Source: Alphaproteobacteria bacterium (GTDB lineage: Bacteria > Pseudomonadota > Alphaproteobacteria > Bin95). Taken from it: 64,000 nt of DNA. Shown one piece after another: positions 19,841-29,809 of the stretch. The stretch spans positions 1,999,893-2,063,892 of the forward strand of contig OZ244951.1 in the NCBI GenBank assembly GCA_965222315.1. The letters are read 5' to 3'. The notes below the pieces were generated by a model. That model was not told where the DNA came from, ran no database searches, and saw only the letters and a list, made by a program, of their open reading frames with translations. A program made the position numbers and the translations under genes. Each line of letters begins with the position of its first letter. Within the stretch, counting starts at the first letter, position 1.

Positions 19841-19970
19841 GCTTGCGTTTCCCATTATTCGTGGCCATCTGTTGCCTGAACTATTCTGGACCGGCAAGGC
19901 GCTGACAAGAGACCTGTCTGCGCCGGTCCGAGCTCGGTGGGGCCGCCAGCCAAATAGCGAAGGACGAGAG

Positions 19971-20432
19971 ATGCGTTGTTTTCTGGGAGTGATGATGGTG
20001 GCTGGCCTGTTGGCGTATGGCCCGGCACAAGCGGTATCTCTCTCCGATACAGTCAGTATGGAATTGTCGGAAATTCAGACCCTCATTGAAGAAGGCGAAC
20101 ACGAGAAAGCCATCGACGAATTATGGCACTATGTGGAGGCCAAACCGGACAGTGCCGATGCCTACAACCTGCTCGGTTACAGCTACCGCAAAGACAAACA
20201 GTTCGACCGCGCAAAGCAATCCTATGACCGGGCGCTGCAACTGGACCCGGAACATAAGGGCGCGCACGAATACCTAGGGGAGCTTTACCTGCAAACCGGC
20301 AAGCCTGAATTGGCGGAGGCGCAGTTGGAAAAGCTGGCGGAGATCTGTGGCCTGGAAGGCTGTGACGAGTATGAGGAACTCCGCGTTGCCATCGGCGAAT
20401 TCAAACGGGGAAAATCCACCGGAAAGTGGTGA
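19971..20432 (+). CDS. TPR-repeat exported protein
   Basis: Signal peptide MRCFLGVMMVAGLLAYGPAQA followed by TPR-like helices (ADAYNLLGYSYRKDKQFDRAKQSYDRALQLDP...). Confidence 0.6.
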   Translation: MRCFLGVMMVAGLLAYGPAQAVSLSDTVSMELSEIQTLIEEGEHEKAIDELWHYVEAKPDSADAYNLLGYSYRKDKQFDRAKQSYDRALQLDPEHKGAHEYLGELYLQTGKPELAEAQLEKLAEICGLEGCDEYEELRVAIGEFKRGKSTGKW

Positions 20433-20475
20433 CGGCGACGGCCGTCCGGGTTGACTCCTCTGGCCAGCAAAATTA

Positions 20476-20490
20476 GAACTAAATAGGAAC
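20476..20490 (+). promoter_or_regulatory. Alphaproteobacterial LexA (SOS) box GAAC-N7-GAAC
   Basis: GAACTAAATAGGAAC read directly at 20476-20490, 48 bp upstream of the ATG of the ImuA-like gene and within an AT-rich promoter segment. Confidence 0.6.
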
Positions 20491-20537
20491 ATATAGGAAA
20501 TATTGTAATGTGCCGGTAAGGGCGCAGGCAGGGTGTT

Positions 20538-21311
20538 ATGGCCGGTAAGCTCGCCCATTTGGCAGCGCAAATCGCTAAGATCGAGGCGGATACCAGCCGC
20601 CGGACGGAGCCGCTGCCGGCGGTGCCGCTGCAATGCCCGGACATCGACGCAACCTTGCCGGGGCAGGGCCTTGCCCGTGGGGCGGTGCATGAGATGATGG
20701 GGCCGGGCCATGACGGCGACCAGAGGGGCGATGGCGCGCTGATGGGTTTTGCTTGCGTCGCGCTCGCCCGGCTGATGCACGCAGACGAGCATGCCCGCCC
20801 GGCGCTCTGGTGCATGAATCAGCGCCTGCAGCAGGTGGGGGGTCTGCTCTCGGGCCTGGTCTATCCGCCGGGCCTTCAGATGATGGGTGTGCCGGTGGAG
20901 CGGCTGCTGCTTGCCTACACCAACAACGATGCCGACACGCTCTGGGCGATGGAGGAGGCGTTGCAAAGCCGCGCCGTCTCCGCCGTACTGGGGGAGTTGA
21001 ACCGGTTCGAGCCGGTGGCGGCGCGCCGCCTCCAACTGGCAGCGCAAACCCATGCGGGCACGGCGCTGGCGCTCTGGCCGGGGAAGGGGGGCAATGCCGC
21101 CAGCTTTGCCGAAACACGCTGGCGGCTCACCAACCTGCCCAGCACCGGTAACATGATGGAACCCCATTGGAAGGTCACCCTGGTGCGCGCCCGCCGCAGC
21201 GCGGTGACGGCGGAATGGTCTGTGCGTTGGCGGGATGGGCGGCTGGAGGCCGATGCGCTGGAGCAGGCATCGCCGCAGGCGTCCCTTACGGCTAGCACTC
21301 ATCGGGGTTAG
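20538..21311 (+). CDS. imuA: ImuA-like SOS mutagenesis protein (RecA/SulA-fold, inducible mutagenesis cassette component)
   Basis: 257 aa with ImuA landmarks: LP.G..L..GA.HE near the N-terminus, LWAMEEAL, RRLQLAAQ, and a C-terminal TRWRLTNLPS...HWKVTLVRAR. A LexA box lies directly upstream. The assignment rests on pattern recall, not alignment. Confidence 0.5.
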   Translation: MAGKLAHLAAQIAKIEADTSRRTEPLPAVPLQCPDIDATLPGQGLARGAVHEMMGPGHDGDQRGDGALMGFACVALARLMHADEHARPALWCMNQRLQQVGGLLSGLVYPPGLQMMGVPVERLLLAYTNNDADTLWAMEEALQSRAVSAVLGELNRFEPVAARRLQLAAQTHAGTALALWPGKGGNAASFAETRWRLTNLPSTGNMMEPHWKVTLVRARRSAVTAEWSVRWRDGRLEADALEQASPQASLTASTHRG

Positions 21312-21351
21312 CCCGTACTTTATCCCCAGTACGAACCGGAGGAATGCACCA

Positions 21352-22281
21352 ATGAAACTCTGCTATTTTAACGATTTCCGCTTGGGCGTGGTGAAGGGGG
21401 ATAACGTCGTCGATATCACCGATGCCGTCAGCCGCCTGCCGCATCGCGATAGCCGCGACCTGATCTGCGCCCTGATTGCCGATTGGGCGGACCAGAAGGG
21501 TAAGGTGGAAGACGCCGTTGCTGCCGGTGCCAGTGTACCGCTTTCCGGCGTTCGTCTGCGCGCGCCGGTGCCGATGCCGGGCAAGATCGATTGCATGGCC
21601 GTCAACTACATGGAAAACGGCCTGCTGGAGAAGGCAGCCCCCATCAACGCCTTCCACAAGACCCCGGCCTCCCTCATCGGCATGGGCGACACCATGGTGC
21701 TGCCCGACATTCCAGCCGGCATTTTCGAGGGCGAGGCCGAACTGGCGCTGGTTATCGGCAAGACGGCCAAGAATGTTAGCCAGGCCGATGCCATGGGCTA
21801 CATTTTCGGGTACATGAATTTCATCGACGGCTCGGCCCGGGACATGCCACCGCCCGGCAACGTGTTCTTCCAGGCGAAGAGCCGGGACACGTTCGCGCCG
21901 ACCGGCCCGTTCCTGGTGACCGCGGACGAGGTGCCGGACCCGCAGAACCTGGACGTGAAGCTGACCAACAACGGCACCGTCTATCAGGACTTCAACACGG
22001 ACGACATGGCCCACCAGATCCCGCGCATCATCGAGTGGTTGTCGTCTATCCACACGCTGGAGCCGGGCGACATCGTCGCGACCGGCACCAACCACCAGGG
22101 CCTGAACCCGTTCCAGGACGGTGACAAGGTCACCCTGGAAGTCGGCCCGCTCGGCAAGCTGGAATTCAGCGTTTCTGACCCCTTGAAGCGCACCTGGGCG
22201 CGCGTGACCCGCGCCGGCCACCGCGAGTCCGGCGAGCCCGGCAACTACACCCCGCAGCTGACGGGCAAGTACGCGAAGTAA
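21352..22281 (+). CDS. Fumarylacetoacetate hydrolase (FAH) family protein
   Basis: FAH-fold features (MAVNYMEN...GEAELALVIGK...) in a protein of about 309 aa. Start taken at MKLCYF. Confidence 0.75.
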   Translation: MKLCYFNDFRLGVVKGDNVVDITDAVSRLPHRDSRDLICALIADWADQKGKVEDAVAAGASVPLSGVRLRAPVPMPGKIDCMAVNYMENGLLEKAAPINAFHKTPASLIGMGDTMVLPDIPAGIFEGEAELALVIGKTAKNVSQADAMGYIFGYMNFIDGSARDMPPPGNVFFQAKSRDTFAPTGPFLVTADEVPDPQNLDVKLTNNGTVYQDFNTDDMAHQIPRIIEWLSSIHTLEPGDIVATGTNHQGLNPFQDGDKVTLEVGPLGKLEFSVSDPLKRTWARVTRAGHRESGEPGNYTPQLTGKYAK

Positions 22282-22461
22282 GGGATGAGATGAGCCTACC
22301 CCCGTCTCTCCCCATTCCCTGAAGCCGCATTGCGGCATTCAGGACCCATTCCAGAGGCGCTTGACTTCAAGCGCCTGACGCTTCGGGTTTACAGTCTCTG
22401 GCGTGGGTTCTGACTTCCGTCAGGAAAATGGTGGCGCGAGGGTAGGCGCGCCCGAGCCTTC

Positions 22462-23490
22462 TCATGAACTCCCGATGTTGAGCAGGTTCACCACCGGCTT
22501 GTAGAGTTCTTCCAGGTAGGCCACGTCCTCTGCGGGCAGTTCGATATCCGCAGCCGCCACCAGCTGGTCCAGTTGCGATAGTTTGGAGACGCCGACTACC
22601 GGCGCGGTGACTTCCGGCTTGCTCAGCAGCCATGCAACCGCCACCTGCGCCGGGGAATGGCCTAGCTTCTCCGCCACTTCCACCACGCGGTCAGCGATTT
22701 TGAAATCCATTTCGCCTTGGTAAAGGCCGCGGGTCCGCTCCTTGTCGCCGCCCTGACTGCGCTGGGTGGTGCCCGCGTCGAGTGAGCCCTTGTAAGCCCC
22801 GGTAAGGATGCCGCGTGCCAGCGGCGACCAGGGCGTCAGGCCGACACCGGTTGCGGCGCAATAGCGGTTCATTTCCCGCTCTTCCTCGCGGTAGATCAGG
22901 TTGTAGTGGTTCTGCATTGAAATGAACTTGGTCCAGCTGTTCCGCTCCGCTGTCATTTGCAACTCGCAGAATTGCCAGGCGAACATGCTGGAGGCACCAA
23001 GATACAGCACCTTGCCAGCCTTCACCACATCGTGCAGCGCTTCCAGGCTCTCCTCGATCGGCGGATGGGCAACGCCGGGGAAGCCGTGCGGATGGCGGTG
23101 AATAATCAGCTGGTCGATATAGTCGAGACCCGTGCGCTTCAACGAGGCATCGACGCTTTCCATGATGTGCTTGCGGTTCAGCCCGCCCTTGTTCGGGCCA
23201 CGGCCCATGGGGGCGGCAACCTTGGTCGCAAATACATAGTCCTCCCGCCGGAACAGTTCGCGCAACAGCTTGCCGACCACCCGCTCGCACGCCCCAAGGC
23301 CGTAGGCATTGGCGCAATCATAGTAGAACAGGCGGTGGTCCATTGCGGCCTTGAGTATCGGCCGGGCCTCGTCGATGGGCAGGGTCCAATCGCCCTGGTG
23401 GCCGACACCGGGCTCGCCGAAATTCATGGTGCCGAGCGCGAGCCGCGAAACCTGCAGGCCGCTTTTGCCGAGTTGGGTGGCTTTGAGCAT
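22462..23490 (-). CDS. Aldo/keto reductase
   Basis: AKR signatures (LGTMNFG, YYDCANAYG, IIHRHPHGF...) in 343 aa from MLKATQLG. The ORF-track N-terminal extension is rejected. Confidence 0.8.
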   Translation of the reverse strand: MLKATQLGKSGLQVSRLALGTMNFGEPGVGHQGDWTLPIDEARPILKAAMDHRLFYYDCANAYGLGACERVVGKLLRELFRREDYVFATKVAAPMGRGPNKGGLNRKHIMESVDASLKRTGLDYIDQLIIHRHPHGFPGVAHPPIEESLEALHDVVKAGKVLYLGASSMFAWQFCELQMTAERNSWTKFISMQNHYNLIYREEEREMNRYCAATGVGLTPWSPLARGILTGAYKGSLDAGTTQRSQGGDKERTRGLYQGEMDFKIADRVVEVAEKLGHSPAQVAVAWLLSKPEVTAPVVGVSKLSQLDQLVAAADIELPAEDVAYLEELYKPVVNLLNIGSS

Positions 23491-23534
23491 GGGGCGTTCC
23501 TGTTCGACTTTCCGAGCGTGGGTGTTGGGCGGCC

Positions 23535-24422
23535 TCATTCGGCCAGGGAATTGTCCACCATGGTGGCGAAATCGGTGCCGGTCTTGATGAAGCCGGAGCC
23601 GATCATGGATTGGCGCAGGCGGTCGAAACCGGCCTCCTGTAACGCACCCGTGCGGTTCCAGAGGCCGAGGTCGCAATAGCGCCGCACGCAGGCTGCCAGC
23701 AACTCAAGCGGGAAGTCAGGGAACAGGCGGGTCATGGCCTTGGCCGTCTCCTCCGGCGGCTGGTCGTAGGTGTCGTTCACCGCCCGGCGGACGGCCCGGA
23801 CCATGGCGGTGAAATCGTCCCGCCGCCGCTCAACCGTGCTCTTGATGGAATAGAAGCAGGTATAGGCCGCCGGGCCCCGGTTGGCTGCGGCATACATCAG
23901 ATGCCCGCCCGCGCGGATTGCCTGCTCGGCATAAGGCTGAAAGGTCTGGAATACATCCAGCGAACCTGCCGCCAGCGCATCCCGGTTTTCCGCCATGCCT
24001 GGCTTCTGCACCGCACCCAGAGACTGCGGGTCGATGCCCAGGTCGCGCAGGTCTTCCTGCAGGCAGATCCAGGGTGTCGGCACTTCGCTCACTACATGGA
24101 GACTACGGCCTAGCAGGTCTTTGAGCCCGCCCGGCTCCCGCCCGATCAGGAAGAACGGATCGCGGCCCACTACCTCGCCAAAGCACACGAGTCCGCAGTC
24201 GGGCTGCTGGTCGTATTTGCGCAGGATGCGGAGCGGGCCGCCCCAGCAAACGTCGATTTCGCCGGACAACAGGCGTGGCAGCGTATCGGTCGGGTCGTAG
24301 CTTTCCTGCATCACCACGTCGACACCTTCTGCCTGGAAGTAGCCGCGCTCGAACGCAAGGTAGAAAGGCGCGTAAAAGACCGCGCGCAGGTTCTCTAGCA
24401 GGGTAATGGGGGTGCCGGTCAT
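23535..24422 (-). CDS. NMT1/THI5-like (SsuA/TauA-like) domain protein, cytoplasmic
   Basis: N-terminus LRAVFYAPFYLAFERGYFQAEGVDV is typical of NMT1/THI5-like periplasmic-binding-fold proteins; no signal peptide. Confidence 0.45.
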   Translation of the reverse strand: MTGTPITLLENLRAVFYAPFYLAFERGYFQAEGVDVVMQESYDPTDTLPRLLSGEIDVCWGGPLRILRKYDQQPDCGLVCFGEVVGRDPFFLIGREPGGLKDLLGRSLHVVSEVPTPWICLQEDLRDLGIDPQSLGAVQKPGMAENRDALAAGSLDVFQTFQPYAEQAIRAGGHLMYAAANRGPAAYTCFYSIKSTVERRRDDFTAMVRAVRRAVNDTYDQPPEETAKAMTRLFPDFPLELLAACVRRYCDLGLWNRTGALQEAGFDRLRQSMIGSGFIKTGTDFATMVDNSLAE

Positions 24423-24452
24423 GGGGATATCCTCCGATTCTCTTGGGGAAGG

Positions 24453-24911
24453 TTACCCCCAATAACGCCCGCTCGCACCTATCGCGGCAGTGATCAGGCC
24501 GAGCGCCAGGTTAGTTGCGACAATCATGCGGATCTGGCCGATCTGTTTGGCCGCGGTGGGTGGGTCCTCAGCGGCAACGGCGGCTGTCAGACGGCTGAAC
24601 GGCGCGAAGTAGAGATGGGCGAACAGCGCCATCATGATCAGGCCGAGCAACAGCATGGTGTGGGCGTGCATCCCGGCATTGGCGAAGCCGCCCCACTCCA
24701 CCAGCATGATCCAGAAGCCGCTCACCAGCAATACGATCACGCACAGCCAAACCCACGGAAAAAACTTAGCGAAGACCCTTGCCCAAAGCGCCACCCGCTC
24801 CGGCGGCTGGAGCGGGCCGACCGAGGGACGGAGGCAGACATAGGCGAAGAACATGCCGCCCACCCAGATGATTGCCGCAAGGGCATGTACCGCTGTCATT
24901 AATGCAATCAT
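24453..24911 (-). CDS. Small integral membrane protein (CopD-like / DUF-type, 4 TM)
   Basis: 152 aa, very hydrophobic with four predicted TM helices. The family is uncertain. Confidence 0.35.
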   Translation of the reverse strand: MIALMTAVHALAAIIWVGGMFFAYVCLRPSVGPLQPPERVALWARVFAKFFPWVWLCVIVLLVSGFWIMLVEWGGFANAGMHAHTMLLLGLIMMALFAHLYFAPFSRLTAAVAAEDPPTAAKQIGQIRMIVATNLALGLITAAIGASGRYWG

Positions 24912-25128
24912 CGACCGTCAACCTCCTCTGGCGTGAGGTACAAGGTTTGATGGAGCCAGACGGGCTTGGCAAGACTGTTGCATTGGCAATCGGCCCCGCA
25001 GCCTCACGGTAGTGTGAGATGGTTTGACCTGACCCGCATTCGGCATCAGCTTATACCGTTGAATTTTGCAGGCCTGCCGTAATGCGGCGCAACAACAATA
25101 GACTCAACAGGAACCGGAACAGGGCACC

Positions 25129-26340
25129 GTGAGCGCATCCCCCAAGAAACTGCCGCGGCGCCAGCGCGACCGGCGGCTCGACTTTTTCCGCGGCATGGCG
25201 ATGTTCATCATCCTCATCGCCCACATACCGAACGATTGGTGGGCGCTATGGATTCCCGCCCGGTTCGGCTTTTCGGATGGGGCAGAGATGTTCGTGTTTT
25301 GCTCCGGCATGGCCTCGGCGCTGGCGTTCGGCAGTCTCTATCGTTCGCACGGGTTCGGCACTCTGCTGGCCCGCGTGTCCTTCCGGGTCTGGCAGATCTA
25401 CTGGGCGCATATCACCCTGTTTCTGACGACGGTGGTTGTATTGTTGGCGGGAGACGCTTTGCTCGACACCGGTGTGGTCTACACCCAGCGTCTATGGGTC
25501 GTGCCATTCCTGGAGGATACTGCCACGTACCTGCCGGCACTGCTGACCTTGAACTATGTGCCCGGCCTGTTCGACATGCTGCCCATGTATGTGGCGGTAT
25601 TATGCCTGTTGCCCATCGTGGCGACGCTCGGCAGCATCAACCGCGTCTATGCCGGCGTGTTCGTCGTGAGCCTCTGGTTGCTGTCGACCACCAACACCGT
25701 CGATTTGCCAGGCAGCCCCGTTACGGATCATGTCTGGTTCTTTAACCCGTTTGGCTGGCAGTTGGTGTTCTACACCGGATTTGCATTTGCCATGGGCTGG
25801 CTGAAACCGCCACCGATCGAGCGGAAGTATGTGCTGATCACGCTGGCGATCGTGTTGATTTCGGTGCCGCTCGCCTACTACCGGGTTTATACGGCCGTCC
25901 CGGCGTTGCAGGATTTGCGGGAGGCGCTGCAGCCGTTTTGGGCCAAAACCGACTATGGCATTTTCCGCTATATCCACTTCCTGTCGCTCGCCTACTTGGC
26001 CTACGCCGCTGTGGGCGAGGGCGGCCGCCGCCTGTTCGTTGAAGGCATTCTGGGGCGCATCGTCAATATTTTCCGCACCGTCGGCCAGCAATCGCTGGCG
26101 GTTTTCATGGCCAGCATTGTGCTGTCACAGATTCTGGGCATGGCCTTCGATGTGATCGGGCGCAATCACTGGACGATGATCGTCGTCAACCTGTTCGGCT
26201 TTGCGTGCCTCATCGCGGTCGCCAAGGTAGTGACATGGTACAAGTCCGAACCCTGGCGGAAAGTCCCGGAGAAGAAGCCGCATCCGGCGGTGGACCCGGC
26301 CCAGCCGCCTGCCGCCGCTGCCGTGCAACCTGCGGAGTAG
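25129..26340 (+). CDS. OpgC/MdoC family acyltransferase (osmoregulated periplasmic glucan modification)
   Basis: 403-aa polytopic membrane protein whose N-terminus RRLDFFRGMAMFIILIAH is characteristic of the OpgC family. Confidence 0.7.
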   Translation: MSASPKKLPRRQRDRRLDFFRGMAMFIILIAHIPNDWWALWIPARFGFSDGAEMFVFCSGMASALAFGSLYRSHGFGTLLARVSFRVWQIYWAHITLFLTTVVVLLAGDALLDTGVVYTQRLWVVPFLEDTATYLPALLTLNYVPGLFDMLPMYVAVLCLLPIVATLGSINRVYAGVFVVSLWLLSTTNTVDLPGSPVTDHVWFFNPFGWQLVFYTGFAFAMGWLKPPPIERKYVLITLAIVLISVPLAYYRVYTAVPALQDLREALQPFWAKTDYGIFRYIHFLSLAYLAYAAVGEGGRRLFVEGILGRIVNIFRTVGQQSLAVFMASIVLSQILGMAFDVIGRNHWTMIVVNLFGFACLIAVAKVVTWYKSEPWRKVPEKKPHPAVDPAQPPAAAAVQPAE

Positions 26341-26344
26341 CGGA

Positions 26345-27193
26345 ATGCTATTCCGTATCATCGGTTTCGCCTTGTTTGGGGTAGTCATGTCCTTGGGCGT
26401 TGCACGGGCGGACACCTGCGGGGCGGCTTTGCCTTGCCAGGTGGAGGACGGGCAGTATCTGATAGAGTTGCCGCGAGGAGCATCCGCCGCAAAGCCGGTG
26501 GGCGCGATCGTCTACTTCCACGGCTACCGCAGCAGTGCCAAGGCCAGCATGCGCTTCAAGAGCCTCAGGGCCGCAGCGGCAGAGTTGGGCGTTGCCTTGA
26601 TCGCTCCCGATGGCCTGGAGAGAAGTTGGTCTTTCCCAAACGCCCCGAGCAAGCGTCGCGATGAGATCGCTTTTGTTGGTCGGGTGCTGGACGATGCCCT
26701 GGCCCGGTTCCCCATCGACCGGGAGCGGATCATGTCGGCAGGCTTTTCCATCGGCGGCACGATGAGTTGGTACATGGCCTGCTATCTGGGGGAACGGTTT
26801 GCCGGGCACACGCCGATTGCCGGCACGTTTTGGCGGCCCTATCCGGCCGAATGCTCCGGCTACGACCCATTTATCAGCCACGTGCACGGGACCGCCGACA
26901 AGACTTTTCCGCTGGCGGGGCGGGTAATCCGCCAGAAGTTCCACCAGGGCGACACGCGCGAGACCGTTGCCTTCTTCCGCGATCGGGGCGGCAATGATCC
27001 CTCGGTAGAGCACTACACAGACGGCACGCTCGATTGCACCAAAGCCGTCACGGCAAACGGCGGCGCGGTTGAGCTATGCCTGCATGACGGTGGCCATAGC
27101 ATCCGTGGCGAATGGATCAAGCGCGGCTGGATGCGCTTGGCAGCCTTCAAGGGGTGGAGCGAGTTCCAACAGGCGGCGGAGGCAGCAAAGTAG
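26345..27193 (+). CDS. Secreted alpha/beta-hydrolase esterase (PHB-depolymerase / LpqC-like family)
   Basis: Signal peptide, GFSIGG nucleophile elbow and the HG(T)AD motif. Its start is 4 nt after the opgC stop, suggesting translational coupling. Confidence 0.6.
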   Translation: MLFRIIGFALFGVVMSLGVARADTCGAALPCQVEDGQYLIELPRGASAAKPVGAIVYFHGYRSSAKASMRFKSLRAAAAELGVALIAPDGLERSWSFPNAPSKRRDEIAFVGRVLDDALARFPIDRERIMSAGFSIGGTMSWYMACYLGERFAGHTPIAGTFWRPYPAECSGYDPFISHVHGTADKTFPLAGRVIRQKFHQGDTRETVAFFRDRGGNDPSVEHYTDGTLDCTKAVTANGGAVELCLHDGGHSIRGEWIKRGWMRLAAFKGWSEFQQAAEAAK

Positions 27194-27198
27194 ACCCT

Positions 27199-27513
27199 TC
27201 AGGCGTCCGGCGAGAAACTCGCCGGTGCCATGATCCGGTCTTCCTGGTGCTGGACCATGCCCTCGGTCTTGGCGAGGTATTCTGCCCATGCCGGGTCCTT
27301 GTCCCGCGCTGCGCGTTTGGCTTCCAGATCGGCCATGTTCTCGTACTTGTAGATGTGGATGACCTGGTTCAGCTGCCCGTGCTTGGCCACATAATAGCCC
27401 AACAGCTCAAAGCCGTGCTTCAGCATCACGGGCAAGCCATGGCTTTCCACAAGCGTCAGATATGGCCCCATCTTGCGCGGAACGATGGTGTAGGTGCGGT
27501 GGTTGATGATCAT
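27199..27513 (-). CDS. NIPSNAP family protein
   Basis: 104 aa with the conserved HIYKYENMADLEAKRAA core of NIPSNAP/dimeric alpha+beta barrel proteins. Confidence 0.65.
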   Translation of the reverse strand: MIINHRTYTIVPRKMGPYLTLVESHGLPVMLKHGFELLGYYVAKHGQLNQVIHIYKYENMADLEAKRAARDKDPAWAEYLAKTEGMVQHQEDRIMAPASFSPDA

Positions 27514-27581
27514 GGCGAAAGGTCTCCCCTTTTCGAATTGAGGCGTTAGTCTGCACTCTACCCTAAATCGGAGATTACTCC

Positions 27582-29225
27582 ATGACTGACCAAGTCACTG
27601 GCGGCGAAGCCATCGTCCGCTCCCTGATTGCCCATGGCGTCGATACCGTTTTCGCGCTGCCGGGCGTGCAGACCTATCCGGTCATGGATGCGCTGGCGCG
27701 CAACAAGGACAAAGTCCGCACCTACAGTGCCAGGCACGAGCAGGCGACCGCCTATATGGCGTTCGGCTATGCCCAGGCGACAGGCAAGGTTGGCGTCTAC
27801 TCGGTCGTGCCGGGGCCGGGGGTGCTTAACACAATGGGTGCGCTTTGCACGGCTTGGGGGTGCAACATGCCGGTGCTCTGCATCACGGGCCAGGTGCCGA
27901 GTGCCTACCTGGAAGGCGGGCGCGGCCACCTGCACGAAATCCCGGACCAACAGGGCACGGTCTCGCGCCTCTGCAAGTACACGGCGCGGGTGGAGCGTCC
28001 AGAGGATGCGCCACGGATCATCGCCGAAGCCTTCAAGGCCATGACCTCTGGCCGCCCCGGACCCGCGCTGGTTGAGATGTGCTGGGACGACATGGCGGCG
28101 ACCGGCCCCTACCAGGAGGTCGCGCCGCTGCCGCTTGATCCGCTGCCGCAGGTTAATGCAGACGCCATCGCCAAGGCCGCGGACCTGCTGCGCAAGGCTG
28201 AACGCCCGATGATCATGGTCGGATCGGGTGCGCGCCACGCGCAGGCGGAGGTTATCGAGCTGGCCGAAAAGCTGAATGCGCCGGTGACTGCTTTCCGCGG
28301 CGGGCGGGGCATCGTACCTGCGGACCATCCGCTTGCCCTTTCGAGCTATGCCGCCTGGCAGCTATGGGAGGAGACGGACTGCGTCATCGGCATCGGCTCT
28401 CGTATGGAAATGATCTACATGCGCTGGATGGGTATGGGCAGCCGAATCATGGAGCCTGAAGCTCCGCCGCACCTGATCCGCATCGACATCGACCCGGAGG
28501 AGATGATCCGCCTGGTGCCGCACGTACCGGTGTTGGCGGACTCTAAGGAGGCGACGGCTGCGCTCGTGAAGGCGCTGGAGGCAGGCGCAGCGCCGGCGTC
28601 GAAGGATCTGGGCCGGCTCGACCGAGCCCGGCAGACGGCGCAGCAGGCCATCGCGGCGGTGCAGCCGCATGTAACCCATCTGGAATATCTGCGCGAAGCG
28701 CTGCCGCGTGAGGGCATCTTTGCGGAGGAACTGACTCAGGCCGGCTATGCCAGCTTCTTCGCCTGGGACGTGTTCGCGCCCCGCACCTACATCACCAGCG
28801 GTTTCCAGGGGAACCTAGGCTACGGCTTCATGACCTCGCTGGGCGTGAAGGTCGGGCGGCCGGATGTGCCAGTAGTCTCCGTCACCGGCGACGGCGGCTT
28901 CATGTATGGCTCCAGCGAATTGTCGACGGCGGTGAAGGAGCAGATCCCGCTGATCGTGCTGCTCTTCAACAACGGGGCTTATGGCAACGTGCGCCGCGAC
29001 CAGCAAACCAACTTCGACGGCCGCACCATCGCCAGCGATTTCGCCAACCCGGACTTCGAATTGCTGGCCAAGGCCTATGGCGTCAACTACCTGCGCGCCG
29101 AGGATGGGCCCGGCATCGCCGCGGCGGTGAAAGCGGCAATCCCAAATAAGGGCCCAACCCTGATCGAGGTGCCGGTTGACCTCTCCACCGAGGTCAACCC
29201 CTGGCCCTATATCCTGACGCGGTAG
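27582..29225 (+). CDS. Thiamine-diphosphate-dependent enzyme (acetolactate synthase large-subunit-like)
   Basis: 547 aa with N-terminal TPP_enzyme_N, a central domain, and the C-terminal TPP-binding motif GDGGFMYGSSELSTAVKEQIPLIVLLFNNGAYG. Confidence 0.8.
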   Translation: MTDQVTGGEAIVRSLIAHGVDTVFALPGVQTYPVMDALARNKDKVRTYSARHEQATAYMAFGYAQATGKVGVYSVVPGPGVLNTMGALCTAWGCNMPVLCITGQVPSAYLEGGRGHLHEIPDQQGTVSRLCKYTARVERPEDAPRIIAEAFKAMTSGRPGPALVEMCWDDMAATGPYQEVAPLPLDPLPQVNADAIAKAADLLRKAERPMIMVGSGARHAQAEVIELAEKLNAPVTAFRGGRGIVPADHPLALSSYAAWQLWEETDCVIGIGSRMEMIYMRWMGMGSRIMEPEAPPHLIRIDIDPEEMIRLVPHVPVLADSKEATAALVKALEAGAAPASKDLGRLDRARQTAQQAIAAVQPHVTHLEYLREALPREGIFAEELTQAGYASFFAWDVFAPRTYITSGFQGNLGYGFMTSLGVKVGRPDVPVVSVTGDGGFMYGSSELSTAVKEQIPLIVLLFNNGAYGNVRRDQQTNFDGRTIASDFANPDFELLAKAYGVNYLRAEDGPGIAAAVKAAIPNKGPTLIEVPVDLSTEVNPWPYILTR

Positions 29226-29290
29226 GTGGAAGAAGACGACCCGGCCCCGGAAAACGCCTCAGCGGTTCCGGGGATGCTAGTGCCTTTTGT

Positions 29291-29809
29291 TCAATAGTTC
29301 GCTTTGTCGTCCACTGCATGGCCGGTGAAGGGCACCAGGAAGGAGCGCTCATAGCTCATGAACTTAGTGCCGTCCTGCTTGAAGGCGCGGGTCTCGACCT
29401 TGACGATGCCCTGATTGGGGCGGCTCTTGCTCTCGCGTTTGTCGAGCACTTCCGATTCGGCATAGATCGTATCGCCGACGAAGACCGGCGCGGTCAGCTT
29501 GATCTTGTCCCACCCCAGATTGGCAATCGCTTTCTGGGAGGTGTCTGACACGCTCATGCCCGCGACGACAGCCAGGGTGAAGGCGCTGTTCACCAGCGGC
29601 TTTCCAAACTCGGAGTGCTTGGCGTATTCGTGGTCGAAGTGCAGTGGGTGCGTATTCATGGTCAGCAATGTGAACCAGCTATTGTCCGCCTCATTAATGG
29701 TGCGGCCGGGGCGGTGCTCGTAAATGTCACCGACGGAGAAATCCTCGAAATAGCGGCCGAGGCTCTCGCGGTAACGGTTCTCGCCGACTTTCTTGGCCGA
29801 ATAGCTCAT
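29291..29809 (-). CDS. MaoC-like (R-specific enoyl-CoA hydratase fold) dehydratase
   Basis: Hot-dog fold sequence (FEDFSVGDIYEHRPGRTINEADNSWFTLLTMNTHPLHFD). Start taken at MSYSAKK; ATGA overlap with the upstream MFS gene. Confidence 0.7.
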   Translation of the reverse strand: MSYSAKKVGENRYRESLGRYFEDFSVGDIYEHRPGRTINEADNSWFTLLTMNTHPLHFDHEYAKHSEFGKPLVNSAFTLAVVAGMSVSDTSQKAIANLGWDKIKLTAPVFVGDTIYAESEVLDKRESKSRPNQGIVKVETRAFKQDGTKFMSYERSFLVPFTGHAVDDKANY

